DNA from: Terriglobia bacterium
GTDB lineage: Bacteria > Acidobacteriota > Terriglobia > Acidiferrales > UBA7541
Direction of reading: 5' to 3'
NCBI GenBank assembly: GCA_963695545.1
Contig: OY968796.1
Location: forward strand, 2,880,001 to 2,944,000
Length of the DNA: 64,000 bases
Below, one piece after another: positions 52,093 to 62,483 of this stretch; the stretch's first letter is position 1; each line of letters opens with the position of its first letter. The position numbers and the translations under genes were made by a program. The notes under the pieces were generated by a model. That model was not told the origin of the DNA. It searched no databases and worked only from the letters and a program-made list of their open reading frames with translations.

Positions 52093-52986
52093 ATGCCGCC
52101 ACAAACGAAACCTAACATCAGTTTTCTTGGCTTGGGGATCCTTGGAACGGGCGTGGCTGAACGATTGCTCGCGCAGGGATTCGCCGTGACGGTGTGGAAT
52201 CGCTCGCCGGAGAAGGTCGAGCCGCTGATGCGCGCGGGCGCCATGCGCGCGGCGACGCCGCAAGAAGCAGCCGCGCACGCGGACGTGGTCATCACCATGG
52301 TGCTCGACGGACCGGCGGTGGAATCGCTGGCGCTCGGACCGGCGGGGATTGCGGCGTCGCTCGGCCGCGGCAAAATCCACTGCGATATGAGCACGATCGA
52401 CGCGGCCACGTCGCGCCGCTTGGCCGAGCACTATCGCGCGCTGGGCAAGGATTTCGTGAGCGCTCCTGTTTTGGGCAACCGCTTCGCGGCCGCGGCCGGG
52501 AAATTACTGATCTTCGCCGGCGGCCGGGCCGAGGCAATCGATGTTTGCGCGCCGATCTTCGCCGCGCTCGGCGAGAAATTGTGGCGCTTCGACCGGCCGG
52601 AGATCGCGGCGGCGGCCAAATTGTGCTGCAATCTGATGCTGGCGGGGATGATGGAGATTTTCGCGGAGTCGCTGCTGCTGGCGGAAAAATCCGGGATCGC
52701 GCCGAAAACGTTTCTCGATGTGCTGGGAAGCTCGAACCTGGGCGCGTTGCTGTATCAAGTGAAGGGCGACCTGATTATGCGGAAGGATTATCAGAAGACG
52801 TTCTACGCGCGGAATTTATTGAAGGATTTGAATCTCGCGCTGGACGCCGAAGGCTCGGTGGGCGCGAAATTGCCGGGCACGCGCGCGATGCGGGACATTT
52901 TCGCGGCGGCGTGCGATCAGGGTTTTGCGGAGAAGGACTACGTGGAAATCTTTGAATGGCTCGCGCTGCAATCCGGCGGCGGCTGA
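52093..52986 (+). CDS. NAD(P)-dependent oxidoreductase, 3-hydroxyisobutyrate dehydrogenase family
   Basis: FLGLGILG, WNRS, DMSTI, SAPVLG, KLCCN, KDL. Confidence 0.92.
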   Translation: MPPQTKPNISFLGLGILGTGVAERLLAQGFAVTVWNRSPEKVEPLMRAGAMRAATPQEAAAHADVVITMVLDGPAVESLALGPAGIAASLGRGKIHCDMSTIDAATSRRLAEHYRALGKDFVSAPVLGNRFAAAAGKLLIFAGGRAEAIDVCAPIFAALGEKLWRFDRPEIAAAAKLCCNLMLAGMMEIFAESLLLAEKSGIAPKTFLDVLGSSNLGALLYQVKGDLIMRKDYQKTFYARNLLKDLNLALDAEGSVGAKLPGTRAMRDIFAAACDQGFAEKDYVEIFEWLALQSGGG

Positions 52987-53014
52987 GTTGGTGGCGCGCT
53001 CCCGCGGATAAGCG

Positions 53015-53965
53015 TCAAACGTTCTTGTTCTCGGCCTTACTCTCTGCAAACAAACTTCGCAGAACAAACCAGCAATTCGCCGGCCGCTCGGCCAGGCGGC
53101 GCATGAAGTAAGGGCACCAATCGACGCCGAACGGCACGTAAATCTGAAGCGGGTGTCCGGCGGCGAGCAATTGACGCTGCAGATCGCGGCGAATGCCGTA
53201 AATCATCTGGAATTCGTAGTGCGCGCGCCGCAAATCGTGTTCATTGATCAGGTGCTGAGCATGCTCGATCATGGCCGGGTCATGCGTGCCGATCGCGGCG
53301 AAAATGCGCCTTTTGTTTTCCGGCACAAGCAGGCGGTCGAGCAGAAGGCAATAGTTCGCGTCCACCTCGCGCTTGGATTGAAAAGCGATCGCGGCGGGCT
53401 CGCGATACGCGCCTTTCACGAGGCGAATCTTCGGCGCGCTCGGCCGCAGGCGATCGACATCGGCCGCGGTTCGCCGCAGATAGGCTTGCAATGCGACGCC
53501 GGCGTTTCCGGCGCGCCGCTGCACAGCCTCGTAAATATCGAGCGTGCGATCGGTATAGGCCGAGCCTTCCATGTCGAGTTCGATCGTGCGGCCGAGGCGC
53601 TTGGCCTCTTCGGCAATTTCGATCGTGAGCGATTGGCAAAAGTCAGTGCCTAGATCCAGTCCCAATTGCGTGGGCTTCACGGAAATATTTCCCGTGAGTT
53701 GCGCTTGATCGAGCGCGCCCAGCATCTGGACGTAGCTGGACCTGGCCTGTTCGGCCTGCTCGCGCGTGCTCACGTTTTCGCCAAGATGATTCAGGCTCAC
53801 GGCGTAGCCGGCTCGGCCGAGCGGGGCGCTCGCGGCGATCACGTCGGCGAGCGTCTCGCCGGCGACGAAGCGCCGCGCGAAACCTTGTTTCATTCCGCGC
53901 CGCGCGATGGCGTCCGTCAGTTTTTTCTTCGTCGAAAGCCACAGCACGAAATCTCGCGTGAGCAT
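53015..53965 (-). CDS. monofunctional proline dehydrogenase
   Basis: RFVAGET, SVKPTQLG, DMEGS, RLVKGAY, YFMRRLAERPAN. Confidence 0.94.
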   Translation of the reverse strand: MLTRDFVLWLSTKKKLTDAIARRGMKQGFARRFVAGETLADVIAASAPLGRAGYAVSLNHLGENVSTREQAEQARSSYVQMLGALDQAQLTGNISVKPTQLGLDLGTDFCQSLTIEIAEEAKRLGRTIELDMEGSAYTDRTLDIYEAVQRRAGNAGVALQAYLRRTAADVDRLRPSAPKIRLVKGAYREPAAIAFQSKREVDANYCLLLDRLLVPENKRRIFAAIGTHDPAMIEHAQHLINEHDLRRAHYEFQMIYGIRRDLQRQLLAAGHPLQIYVPFGVDWCPYFMRRLAERPANCWFVLRSLFAESKAENKNV

Positions 53966-54190
53966 CGGATCGGCTCAATCCTATTCGGCGCGAATTACGC
54001 GTATATCGTGCACAGTCCGGAGCTCGAATGCAAAGGCCCCTTGCGAGGCGCCCGGCCTGCGGTCCGATAACGGTTACGCAAGGCCGTAGTTCCCATGCGC
54101 AACTTTCCCGCCCGAGCGGGGTTACTATGGATACGGCGCCTTAGGTATGGTGTTTGTGCGCGGGCGCCCGTCACGTCCGGGAGGTAGTAG

Positions 54191-56416
54191 ATGCGTGGAA
54201 GAGCTTTTCGCCGCCTCAGACGGCCCGCGCCGCGCAGGCAAGTCCTGACCGCATCGCTGGCACTTTCGTTCCTCGCCGGTCTCGCGTTCGTCACTCCCAT
54301 CGTATTTGCCGCGAAAAATAACGACACCGGCTCCGGCTCCGGCGCCGCCACCGAAGTGCCGGGCGCCAAGCAGAATCCCGTTCTCGCCGGTCTGCCGATC
54401 ACCGATCTCACCGAGCAGCAGGCCATTCTCCACGCCCTCGATCGGCTGAGCTATGGATTGCGGCCCGGCGATGTGGAACGCGTGGAACGCATGGGCCTCG
54501 CGAAGTGGGTCGATCAGCAGTTGCATCCGGAATCGATCGACGATTCGGCGCTGGATGCACGTCTGCAAATATTCCCGACGCTCAATGAGTCGTCCGGCAA
54601 GCTGATCGCCGATTTCCCGCGGCCGCAGGAGGCCGCCAAGCGCGAAGGAATCACCGTGGAAGAATATCGCAAGCAGCAGCAGGACGCCGCGCGCGCCGCC
54701 ATGGAGGCCGAAGTCGCGCGCGAAGGCGGAGCGCCGGCGGATTCGTCACAGGATTCGCAGTCAGCGCCCGCGGCCGCGCCGCCCGCGCAATCCGCACACG
54801 CGGACGCAACTCCTGCGGACAACACTTCCGCCGCGGCACCGAACGATTCTTCGATGCAAGCGTCCACGTCCACGGATAACGCCACGAGCGATCCATTGGA
54901 TTCATTGGCGCCGCCTTCGTCGTCGGCGCGCGCAACTTCGAGCGCGGCGTCGAATCAGACGCAGGGCGATGCTTCAAGCGATTCAGGCCAAATGTCGAAC
55001 GACACGCCAAACAATAATAACGGCGGCGAGATGGCCGGCCCACCGCGCGGCGGAAAAAACAAAGGCCAGTCCGGTCCGGGCAATCAGATGTACAACTACC
55101 AAAATATCCACACGCCGCAGCGCATCGTCGCCGAGCTGGCCATGGCCAAGGTGGATCGCGCGGTTTACAGCGAACGGCAGCTTTACGAGCAAATGGTGGA
55201 TTTCTGGTTCAACCATTTCAATATTTACGTTGCGAAGGGCCAGGACGCTTGGCTCGTGACTTCCTTCGAGCGCGACGCCATCCGCCCGCACGCCATGGGC
55301 AAGTTCCGCGATCTGCTCGAAGCCACGGCGAAAAGTCCGGCAATGCTCTTTTATCTCGACAACTGGCTGAGCGTCGATCCCGATGCGGCGAAGCGCTTGC
55401 AGGCCGAGCGCCAGGAGCGCATGCAACGATTCGGAATCGGACCCGGCGGCTTCCCGCGTTTTCCGAACGCCAATCAACAACAGCAAGCCAAGAAGCAACA
55501 GGATCGCGGCCTGAATGAAAATTATGGCCGCGAGCTGATGGAACTGCACACGCTCGGCGTCGATGGCGGTTACACGCAGCAGGACGTCACCGAAGTCGCG
55601 CGCTGTTTCACCGGCTGGACTATTTCGACGCCGCGCATCAATCCCGAATTTCAATTCAACGATCGCCTGCACGACACGAAGCCCAAGCTCGTCCTCGGTC
55701 ACAAAATCGATTACGGCGGCATCAAGGACGGCGAAGCCGTGCTGGATCTATTGGCCAGCGATCCGCACACGGCGCATCACATCTCGCTTGAGATCGCGCA
55801 GCATTTTGTCGCGGACAAGCCGCCCGACGCGCTAGTCGATCGCATGACGAAAACATATCTCTCATCCGACGGCGACATCCGCGCCGTGTTGCACACCATG
55901 ATTTACTCGCCGGAATTTTGGTCCAAGGACTCTTATCGCGCGAAGATCAAGACGCCGTTTGAGCTCGTGGTTTCCGCCGCGCGCGCCACCGGCGCCGACG
56001 CCACGATTCCGTTGCTGCTCGTGCAATGGTCGGCGCGCATCGGCGAGCCGCTCTATCAATGCCAGCCGCCGACCGGTTATTCGGATATGGCCGACGCCTG
56101 GGTGAATACCGGCGCGCTTCTGAATCGCCTGAATTATTCGCTCGCGCTCACGGGCAATCGACTGCGCGGCGTTGAGACCAACGTCGCCGCCGTCCTCGGC
56201 GACTCGGCGACGGGCAGCGATGCGCACGCCGCGCTCGATGCGGCACTCACGATTTTTCTCGGCGGGGAAGTGAGCGCCGAAACGCGCGACACGCTCGAAA
56301 AGCAGCTCGATACGCCGCAAGTGCTCGAAGCCAAACTTGACGATCCGGTGCGCGCGGTGAACGCCGACCTGATCGCCGGCCTGGTTCTCGGCTCGCCGGA
56401 ATTTCAGCGGCGATGA
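54191..56416 (+). CDS. DUF1800 family exported protein
   Basis: FWFNHF, SPAMLFYLDN, NENYGRELMELHTLG, GSPEFQRR. Confidence 0.92.
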   Translation: MRGRAFRRLRRPAPRRQVLTASLALSFLAGLAFVTPIVFAAKNNDTGSGSGAATEVPGAKQNPVLAGLPITDLTEQQAILHALDRLSYGLRPGDVERVERMGLAKWVDQQLHPESIDDSALDARLQIFPTLNESSGKLIADFPRPQEAAKREGITVEEYRKQQQDAARAAMEAEVAREGGAPADSSQDSQSAPAAAPPAQSAHADATPADNTSAAAPNDSSMQASTSTDNATSDPLDSLAPPSSSARATSSAASNQTQGDASSDSGQMSNDTPNNNNGGEMAGPPRGGKNKGQSGPGNQMYNYQNIHTPQRIVAELAMAKVDRAVYSERQLYEQMVDFWFNHFNIYVAKGQDAWLVTSFERDAIRPHAMGKFRDLLEATAKSPAMLFYLDNWLSVDPDAAKRLQAERQERMQRFGIGPGGFPRFPNANQQQQAKKQQDRGLNENYGRELMELHTLGVDGGYTQQDVTEVARCFTGWTISTPRINPEFQFNDRLHDTKPKLVLGHKIDYGGIKDGEAVLDLLASDPHTAHHISLEIAQHFVADKPPDALVDRMTKTYLSSDGDIRAVLHTMIYSPEFWSKDSYRAKIKTPFELVVSAARATGADATIPLLLVQWSARIGEPLYQCQPPTGYSDMADAWVNTGALLNRLNYSLALTGNRLRGVETNVAAVLGDSATGSDAHAALDAALTIFLGGEVSAETRDTLEKQLDTPQVLEAKLDDPVRAVNADLIAGLVLGSPEFQRR

Positions 56417-56510
56417 CGACCGCGATCGCGGGAAACGGCATCTATCGATCCAGTGGGCGCGGGCCGCACTTCTCGCTCGCCGGAACAAGAAGTTTGAAAG
56501 GAACACGACC

Positions 56511-57758
56511 ATGAAAGTTTCGCGCCGGTTATTTCTGAAAAGCGGTGGCATCGCCATGATCGGCATGAGCACGCTGCCGGGATTTCTGCAGCGCGCCGTC
56601 GCGGCCACGCCGACTTCCAGCAAGAAAAAACTCGTCGTGCTGTTTCAGCGCGGCGCCGCCGACGGCCTGAACATCGTCGTGCCATTCGCCGAGCCAAATT
56701 ACTATCGCATGCGTCCGACCATCGCGATTCCCGCGCCGGGCCGCGCCGCGGATCAATCGGCGGTCGATCTCGACGGATTCTTCGGACTCCATCCGAGCAT
56801 GGCCTCGCTCGCTCCGCTGTTTCACAGCGGCTCGCTCGCCATCGTGCACGCCGCGGGCTCGCCCGATTCCAGCCGCTCGCATTTCGACGCGCAGGACTAC
56901 ATGGAATCCGGCACGCCGGGCGTGCGCGCCACAGATGACGGCTGGTTAAATCGCGCGCTCGTCGAATCGCCCGAGCCAGACGCCTCACCCTTTCGCGCCG
57001 TCGCCATGGGCGCGAACCTGCCGCTCACGCTCCGCGGCACGGCTCCCGCGATCGCGCTGCCCGATGTGAGCCAGTTCAAAGTCTTCGCGCAATCGTCCGC
57101 CGTCGAAGGCGGGTTCGAGGCGCTCTATGCGCAAACCGTTGACACCGCTCTGCGCGGCACGGGCAACGAAACTTTCGCCGCCGTAGACATGCTGCGCAAA
57201 GCCGATCCCGCGCATTTCCAGCCCGAAAACGGCGCGCAGTATCCCGCCGGACGCGTTGGCCAGACGATGTTGCAAGTCGCGCAGCTTTTGAAAGCCGACG
57301 TCGGCATGGAAGTGTCGTTCGTGGACACCGGCGGATGGGACAATCACGTGAACGAAGGCGGCGCGCAAGGTCAGCTCGCGAATCTGCTGCGCGATTTGAG
57401 CCAAAGCCTTTCGGCCTTCTCTCAGGATTTGGGCGATCGCATGGAAGACATTGTGGTCGTGACCATGTCCGAATTCGGCCGCACCGCGCATGAGAATGGC
57501 AACCGCGGCACCGATCACGGCCACGGCAATTGCATGCTGGTGATGGGCGGCCCGGTGAAAGGCGGAAAAGTTTACGGCCAATGGCCCGGCTTGAACGACG
57601 AGCAATTGAACGAGGGCCGCGATCTCACGCTGACCACCGATTTCCGCTCCGTGCTCGGCGAGCTGATCGTGAATCATCTCGGCGGCAAGGATTTGGATAC
57701 CGTTTTCCCGGGCTTCGACAATTCCGCCGCAAAATTCCGCGGCGTCCTAAAAGCCTGA
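56511..57758 (+). CDS. DUF1501 family Tat-exported protein
   Basis: SRRLFLK, RGAADGL, RSHFDAQ, WDNH, SEFGRT, GTDHG. Confidence 0.92.
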   Translation: MKVSRRLFLKSGGIAMIGMSTLPGFLQRAVAATPTSSKKKLVVLFQRGAADGLNIVVPFAEPNYYRMRPTIAIPAPGRAADQSAVDLDGFFGLHPSMASLAPLFHSGSLAIVHAAGSPDSSRSHFDAQDYMESGTPGVRATDDGWLNRALVESPEPDASPFRAVAMGANLPLTLRGTAPAIALPDVSQFKVFAQSSAVEGGFEALYAQTVDTALRGTGNETFAAVDMLRKADPAHFQPENGAQYPAGRVGQTMLQVAQLLKADVGMEVSFVDTGGWDNHVNEGGAQGQLANLLRDLSQSLSAFSQDLGDRMEDIVVVTMSEFGRTAHENGNRGTDHGHGNCMLVMGGPVKGGKVYGQWPGLNDEQLNEGRDLTLTTDFRSVLGELIVNHLGGKDLDTVFPGFDNSAAKFRGVLKA

Positions 57759-57786
57759 GCGCTCCTGCACAGAAATTAGAAGGCGC

Positions 57787-57845
57787 AAAAAAAACCGGCG
57801 TCGCCGAACTCCATCAAGCGGAGTTCCGCGGCGCCGGAATCTTTT
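57787..57845. terminator. bidirectional intrinsic terminator between convergent DUF1501 and OmpA genes
   Basis: A8-CCGGCGTCGCCGAACTCC...GGAGTTCCGCGGCGCCGG-AATCTTTT. Confidence 0.75.
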
Positions 57846-57864
57846 AGCGCGACCGTTCGGCGAT

Positions 57865-59517
57865 TTATCTCTGCGGCGGCGCCGGCGTCTGCGTCGCGGC
57901 CGGCGGCGTGGTCGGCGCAGGGCTTGTGCCGATCTGCGTGCCGATCACCTCGCCGGAGATGATGATCTCCACGCGGCGATTCTGCTGACGCCCTGCTGCC
58001 GTGTCGTTGCTGGCCACCGGATTTGCTTTTCCAAATCCCGTCGCCGTCACGGAATCAGCGTCAATCCCTTGCGACACGATATAGACGCGCACTCCTTCCG
58101 CGCGCTGCTCGGAAAGAGTTTGATTGAAGGCGTCGCTGCCGATGCTATCGGTGTAGCCGTCGATCGCGAGCTTCAATCCGGGATGCCCCAGCACGATTCC
58201 CGAAAGTTTCGCCAGCGCCTCGCGCGCCTCGGGTTTCAAGTCATATTTCCCGAACGCGAAGAGCACGTCGGCCATATTTACTTTCAATCCCTGCGGCGTG
58301 TCCGTGGTCGGCAGAATCTTGTTGAATTGTTCCAACAGCATCGCGCGGAGTTGTTCTTTCTCGGCTTGCGCCTGCGCCGCCGCCTGCTGCGCCGCCTGCG
58401 CCGCGGCCGCCGATTGAGCAGCCTGAGCCTGCGCCGCCGCTGCGGCATCCTGCGCCTGCTGCGCCGCCAATCGCTGCGCCTCCGCTTGCGCCTCCGCCGC
58501 CGCTTGCGCGGCTTGTGCCTGAGCCTGTGCTGCCGCGGCCTGCGCGGCTTGCGCCTGTGCCTGCGCTTGCTGGAGTTGCGCTTGTTGCGCCGCTGCCGCC
58601 TCGGCGTCGGCCTGCGCCTTCGCAGCCGCTTCGCGCTGCGCTGCTGCGGCTTTTTCAGCCGCGTCTGCCTCGGCGATTTCGGCCTGGATGGTGAGGTGAT
58701 GCGCGTCGGCCGCGTTCTGCACGGCGTCGCGCGAATCCTGAATGATCACTTTTTTGTCGCCGTGGTGCGCTTCAAGTTGCTGCGCATTCGTCAACGAAGT
58801 CTGTGCTTTGTCGAGCGCGTCCGGCGCGTATTTTTGCGCGCCTGCGTTGACCGCAATCTGCACGGCGTTCTCCGCCTCGAAAAACTCGAGCGGCGCCTTG
58901 GAATTCATATTCGCGCTCGGCGGCGTCGCCGACGGATCGTAGCTGTACGCCCCGGCGCCCAATATTTCGTAGTTCACGGGAGCCTGCTCGATGGTTCCGG
59001 CGGTCTCCGAAGTCACCACATTTTGCAGCACGACCACGTTGCTCGGCTGCGACACCGCGAAATACGGTTCCGCCGTCACGATCAATCCAAACGTTTGCAG
59101 CGAAGTGGTCACAGTGATCTTGGTCGTGTCGCCGCTTAGCAGAATTTCGCCGAGATTGTTGGCTTTTCCTTCCGGGGTGATGGCCCAGAGCACGTACGTC
59201 AGATATTCGGGGCCGAACTTGGTGGCGGGGTCGAGTTTGCTGAATTCCGCGTCGATCTGAATTCGCCCGACCTTGCCATTCACCTTGGCGCTTCCGGTGG
59301 CCAGCGGTTCGATCGGCGAGCCTTGGAAGCCAATCTCGGTGGCGCCCATGCGGTGCTGGTAATTGATGGTGACGATGGTTGCCGGCTCCATCGTCACGCG
59401 GTAGAGCGGCTGGTTCTGCTGCGCCGCGGGAGCGGGCGCTGGCGTCTGCGCCCCGGATGCCACGGCGAACGAAACAATCACAACAAGCGCTGCGATCGTG
59501 AACGCTGTTTTTCTCAT
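57865..59517 (-). CDS. OmpA-family peptidoglycan-binding protein with Ala/Gln-rich coiled-coil linker, paralog 1
   Basis: signal peptide; DVLFAFGK, DGYTDSIG, LSEQRA, QNRRVEI. Confidence 0.92.
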   Translation of the reverse strand: MRKTAFTIAALVVIVSFAVASGAQTPAPAPAAQQNQPLYRVTMEPATIVTINYQHRMGATEIGFQGSPIEPLATGSAKVNGKVGRIQIDAEFSKLDPATKFGPEYLTYVLWAITPEGKANNLGEILLSGDTTKITVTTSLQTFGLIVTAEPYFAVSQPSNVVVLQNVVTSETAGTIEQAPVNYEILGAGAYSYDPSATPPSANMNSKAPLEFFEAENAVQIAVNAGAQKYAPDALDKAQTSLTNAQQLEAHHGDKKVIIQDSRDAVQNAADAHHLTIQAEIAEADAAEKAAAAQREAAAKAQADAEAAAAQQAQLQQAQAQAQAAQAAAAQAQAQAAQAAAEAQAEAQRLAAQQAQDAAAAAQAQAAQSAAAAQAAQQAAAQAQAEKEQLRAMLLEQFNKILPTTDTPQGLKVNMADVLFAFGKYDLKPEAREALAKLSGIVLGHPGLKLAIDGYTDSIGSDAFNQTLSEQRAEGVRVYIVSQGIDADSVTATGFGKANPVASNDTAAGRQQNRRVEIIISGEVIGTQIGTSPAPTTPPAATQTPAPPQR

Positions 59518-59714
59518 GATTCTCCTGTCGCTGAATCTCATCTCGGCGGACTGGGAGCCCTATTTGCGGCCAAAATAGTATAACGGCAAATCCCGCGCCG
59601 CGCACCAGAACAGGAATCGCCCCGCCGAACTCGGCTACCTCAATTGGATGCCGCTGATCACGGCTTTGGCAAAAGGCGCAAGCATTTCTAACTGCGAGTC
59701 GCATCCAAATGCAG

Positions 59715-59760
59715 ATCCGGCGCGCGAACTCTTGGCGATCGAGTCCCGCGCGCCGGATTG
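59715..59760 (-). terminator. stem-loop downstream of OmpA paralog 2, similar to the one after paralog 1
   Basis: ATCCGGCGCGCGAACTC...GAGTCCCGCGCGCCGGAT. Confidence 0.5.
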
Positions 59761-59820
59761 AATCTGCGATTCGGTGCGCGCGCGGGCTCTAGCGAGAGCC
59801 CGCGGAACGCACGATGGTGG

Positions 59821-61584
59821 TTAGCGCTGCGTAGGCGGCAGCTCGGGCATGTTTTCGCCGATCTGCGTGCCGATCACCTCGCCTGAAATAATGATTTCAA
59901 CGCGGCGATTTTGTTGCCTCCCGGCGGCCGTGTCGTTGCTCGCAACCGGATCTGATTTTCCAAATCCCTGCGCCGTGGTGGACGCTGGGGCCAGACCTTG
60001 CGCCACTACATAATCGTGAACCGCGCCGGCGCGTTGATCGGATAGATTTTGATTGAATGCATCGGTCCCGACGCTGTCCGTGTAGCCGTCGATGGTGAGC
60101 TCCAATCCCGGATGACCCATCACGATACCGGTTAGTTTCGCGAGCGCCTCGCGCGCCTCGGGTTTCAAATTATATTTTCCGAACGCGAAGAGCACGTCAG
60201 CCATATTCACTTTCAAGCCTTGCGGCGTGTCCGTGGTGGGCAGAATTTTGTTGAATTGTTCGAGCAACATCGCGCGAAGCTGTCGCTTTTCTAGTTCAGA
60301 CTGCGCTGCCGCTTGCTGCGCGGCCTGTGCTTGAGCCGCCGCCTGTGCCGCCTGCGCTTGAGCCGCCGCTGCGGCATTCTGCGCATCTGTTGTGGCCTGT
60401 TGCGCAGCCTGCGCTTGTGCCGCCGCTAACGCCGCCGCTTGTGCCGCCTGAGCCTGCGCCGCCGCCGTGGCATCCTGCGCCTGCTGCGCCGCCAAACGCG
60501 ACTGGTCCGCCTGCGCTTCCGCCGTTGCTTGGCTGGCCTGCGCTTGCGCGGTGGCCGCTTGCGACTGCGCGGCATCGCGCTCGGCCTGCGTTCTTTGGAG
60601 GTCCGCCTGTTGTGCTGCCGCCGCTTCCTGCTGCTGAGCTATCGTCGCGGCGTCGGTCTTTGCTTGGGCGTCGGCCACGCGCTGCGCCGCCGCGGCTTGT
60701 TCTGCCGCCGCTTGCTCGGCAAGTTCGGCTTGAATCGTGATGTGATGCGCATCCGCCGCATTCTGCACGGCGTCGCGCGAATCTTGCACGATCACCTTTT
60801 CGTCCTGGTGCCTGGCCTCGAGATCCTGCGCGTTCGTCAGGGAATCCTGAGCCTTGGCGAGCGCGTCCGGCGCATACTGTTGCGCGCCGGCCATGATTGC
60901 GATCTGCACCGCGTTTTCGGCCTCAAAGAATTCCAGAGGCGCCTTGGAATCGGACATCGTGCTGCTCGGTGCGCTGATCGTCGCGCCCGTCGCGCTCGAA
61001 GCCTCGTAGCTGTAAACGCCGGCGCCCAGCAATTGATAGCTCACCGGCGCCTGCTCGACCGTCCCGGTAGTCTCCGCCGTCACCACGTTTTCCAGCACCA
61101 CAACGTTGCTCGGCGTGGACACCGCGAAATATGGCTCCGCCGTCACGATCAATCCGAAGGTTTGAAGGGAAGTGGTCACGCTGATCTTGGTGTTATCGCC
61201 ACTCAAGAGAATTTCGCCGAGGTTGCTTGATTTTCCTTCCGGCGTGATGGCCCACAGCACATAGGTAAGGTATTCGGCGCCAAATTTCGTGGCCGGCTCG
61301 AGTTTGCTGAATTCCGCGTTGATCTGAATTCGTCCGACCTTGCCGTTCACTTTGGCGTGTCCCGTGGCCGTCGCCAGGTAGGGCGTGCCCTGGAATCCGA
61401 TCTCCGTCGGTCCGCTATGGTGCTGGTAATTGATGGTGACGATCGTGGCGGGCTCCATCGTTTGGTAGTACTTCCAGCGATCGTACCGCGCCTCGGATTT
61501 CGACGCGGAGGTCTGCGCCTGCAATGCCGCTGCGAACGAGCAAACTACAACGAGTGTTGCGAAAGTCAGCGCTGCTTTTTTCAT
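59821..61584 (-). CDS. OmpA-family protein with longer Ala/Gln-rich linker, paralog 2
   Basis: Same architecture and long identical peptide blocks as paralog 1. Confidence 0.92.
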   Translation of the reverse strand: MKKAALTFATLVVVCSFAAALQAQTSASKSEARYDRWKYYQTMEPATIVTINYQHHSGPTEIGFQGTPYLATATGHAKVNGKVGRIQINAEFSKLEPATKFGAEYLTYVLWAITPEGKSSNLGEILLSGDNTKISVTTSLQTFGLIVTAEPYFAVSTPSNVVVLENVVTAETTGTVEQAPVSYQLLGAGVYSYEASSATGATISAPSSTMSDSKAPLEFFEAENAVQIAIMAGAQQYAPDALAKAQDSLTNAQDLEARHQDEKVIVQDSRDAVQNAADAHHITIQAELAEQAAAEQAAAAQRVADAQAKTDAATIAQQQEAAAAQQADLQRTQAERDAAQSQAATAQAQASQATAEAQADQSRLAAQQAQDATAAAQAQAAQAAALAAAQAQAAQQATTDAQNAAAAAQAQAAQAAAQAQAAQQAAAQSELEKRQLRAMLLEQFNKILPTTDTPQGLKVNMADVLFAFGKYNLKPEAREALAKLTGIVMGHPGLELTIDGYTDSVGTDAFNQNLSDQRAGAVHDYVVAQGLAPASTTAQGFGKSDPVASNDTAAGRQQNRRVEIIISGEVIGTQIGENMPELPPTQR

Positions 61585-61897
61585 GGTGCTCCTGTCGTTA
61601 CCGCGGAAATCTTCGGAAGTCGTCTGTAGTCGTGGTGCCTTATGGCGGGCCGTGTGGCCGACCGCAGCATCATAGGCAGACTCGCCGCCTCGCGGCTGTC
61701 ACCTTACGGACAGTATCGTTGTTCGTCGTAGTTGATTGTTCTCGAGCGTCCGCAGACCGCCCGCCAGCGCGATGTGTCCGTTACAGTACAGACACAGGAA
61801 TCGAACCCGCGCTACCGTAACCGGCATGCGCGTAGAAATACCTTCGGCGTCCAAACCTCGTTCAAAGCGCGCCCGGAAAGAGAAGAGCAAGACTCAA

Positions 61898-62392
61898 ATG
61901 GCTCCCGCACCAGGAACGAAGAAGTCTCACGATCTCCGGCCGGTTGGGATTTCCGCAAAATCGCCGTTCACCGCGTTTCGCAAGCTGTTCGAGTGCGTCA
62001 AGATCAATGATTTCGACGCCATGGCCGACACAATCGCCGATGATTGTGAGTGGGTGCTGATGTCCGACATGCGGAAATTCAAAGGCAAGCAGGAGGTCGT
62101 GGCGTTCTGCCAGGCGCGCAAGCTCGCTTGCGAGGAAGAACCCGAAATCATCTTTGATGTCGCCACCTCGGAATGGGGCGTTTTTGAATACTTGAATCGC
62201 GGCACGGTTACGGCGAATCTCTCCGCCCTGGCGGCGGCCTCCGGCTGGAAATTCCCGATGGACCCCGGCACCCACGCGGGCCGCCAATACGCGGTACGCG
62301 TCTGTTTCGTTTATCGCGTGAATCTGGAAGGGAAGATCTATATGCTCAACGAATATCTCGACCTCGCCAGCCTAATGAGTCAGTTCGCGTAG
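61898..62392 (+). CDS. NTF2/SnoaL-like protein
   Basis: DFDAMADTIADDCEW, GKQEVVAF, EGKIYMLNEYLD; start uncertain. Confidence 0.75.
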   Translation: MAPAPGTKKSHDLRPVGISAKSPFTAFRKLFECVKINDFDAMADTIADDCEWVLMSDMRKFKGKQEVVAFCQARKLACEEEPEIIFDVATSEWGVFEYLNRGTVTANLSALAAASGWKFPMDPGTHAGRQYAVRVCFVYRVNLEGKIYMLNEYLDLASLMSQFA

Positions 62393-62483
62393 ATACGCAT
62401 TTCGCTGCGAGTTTCCAAACGAGTTCCGGCCGAAATAAGGACGCCTTGCCCGGATAAAGACTTGCTGTTATTCTCCAATTGAT

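Noticed and set aside
59641..59710. Inverted GCATCCAA motifs upstream of OmpA paralog 1 as an alternative-sigma promoter or operator
   Set aside because: Only 8-bp matches; cannot be supported without a genome-wide motif search.
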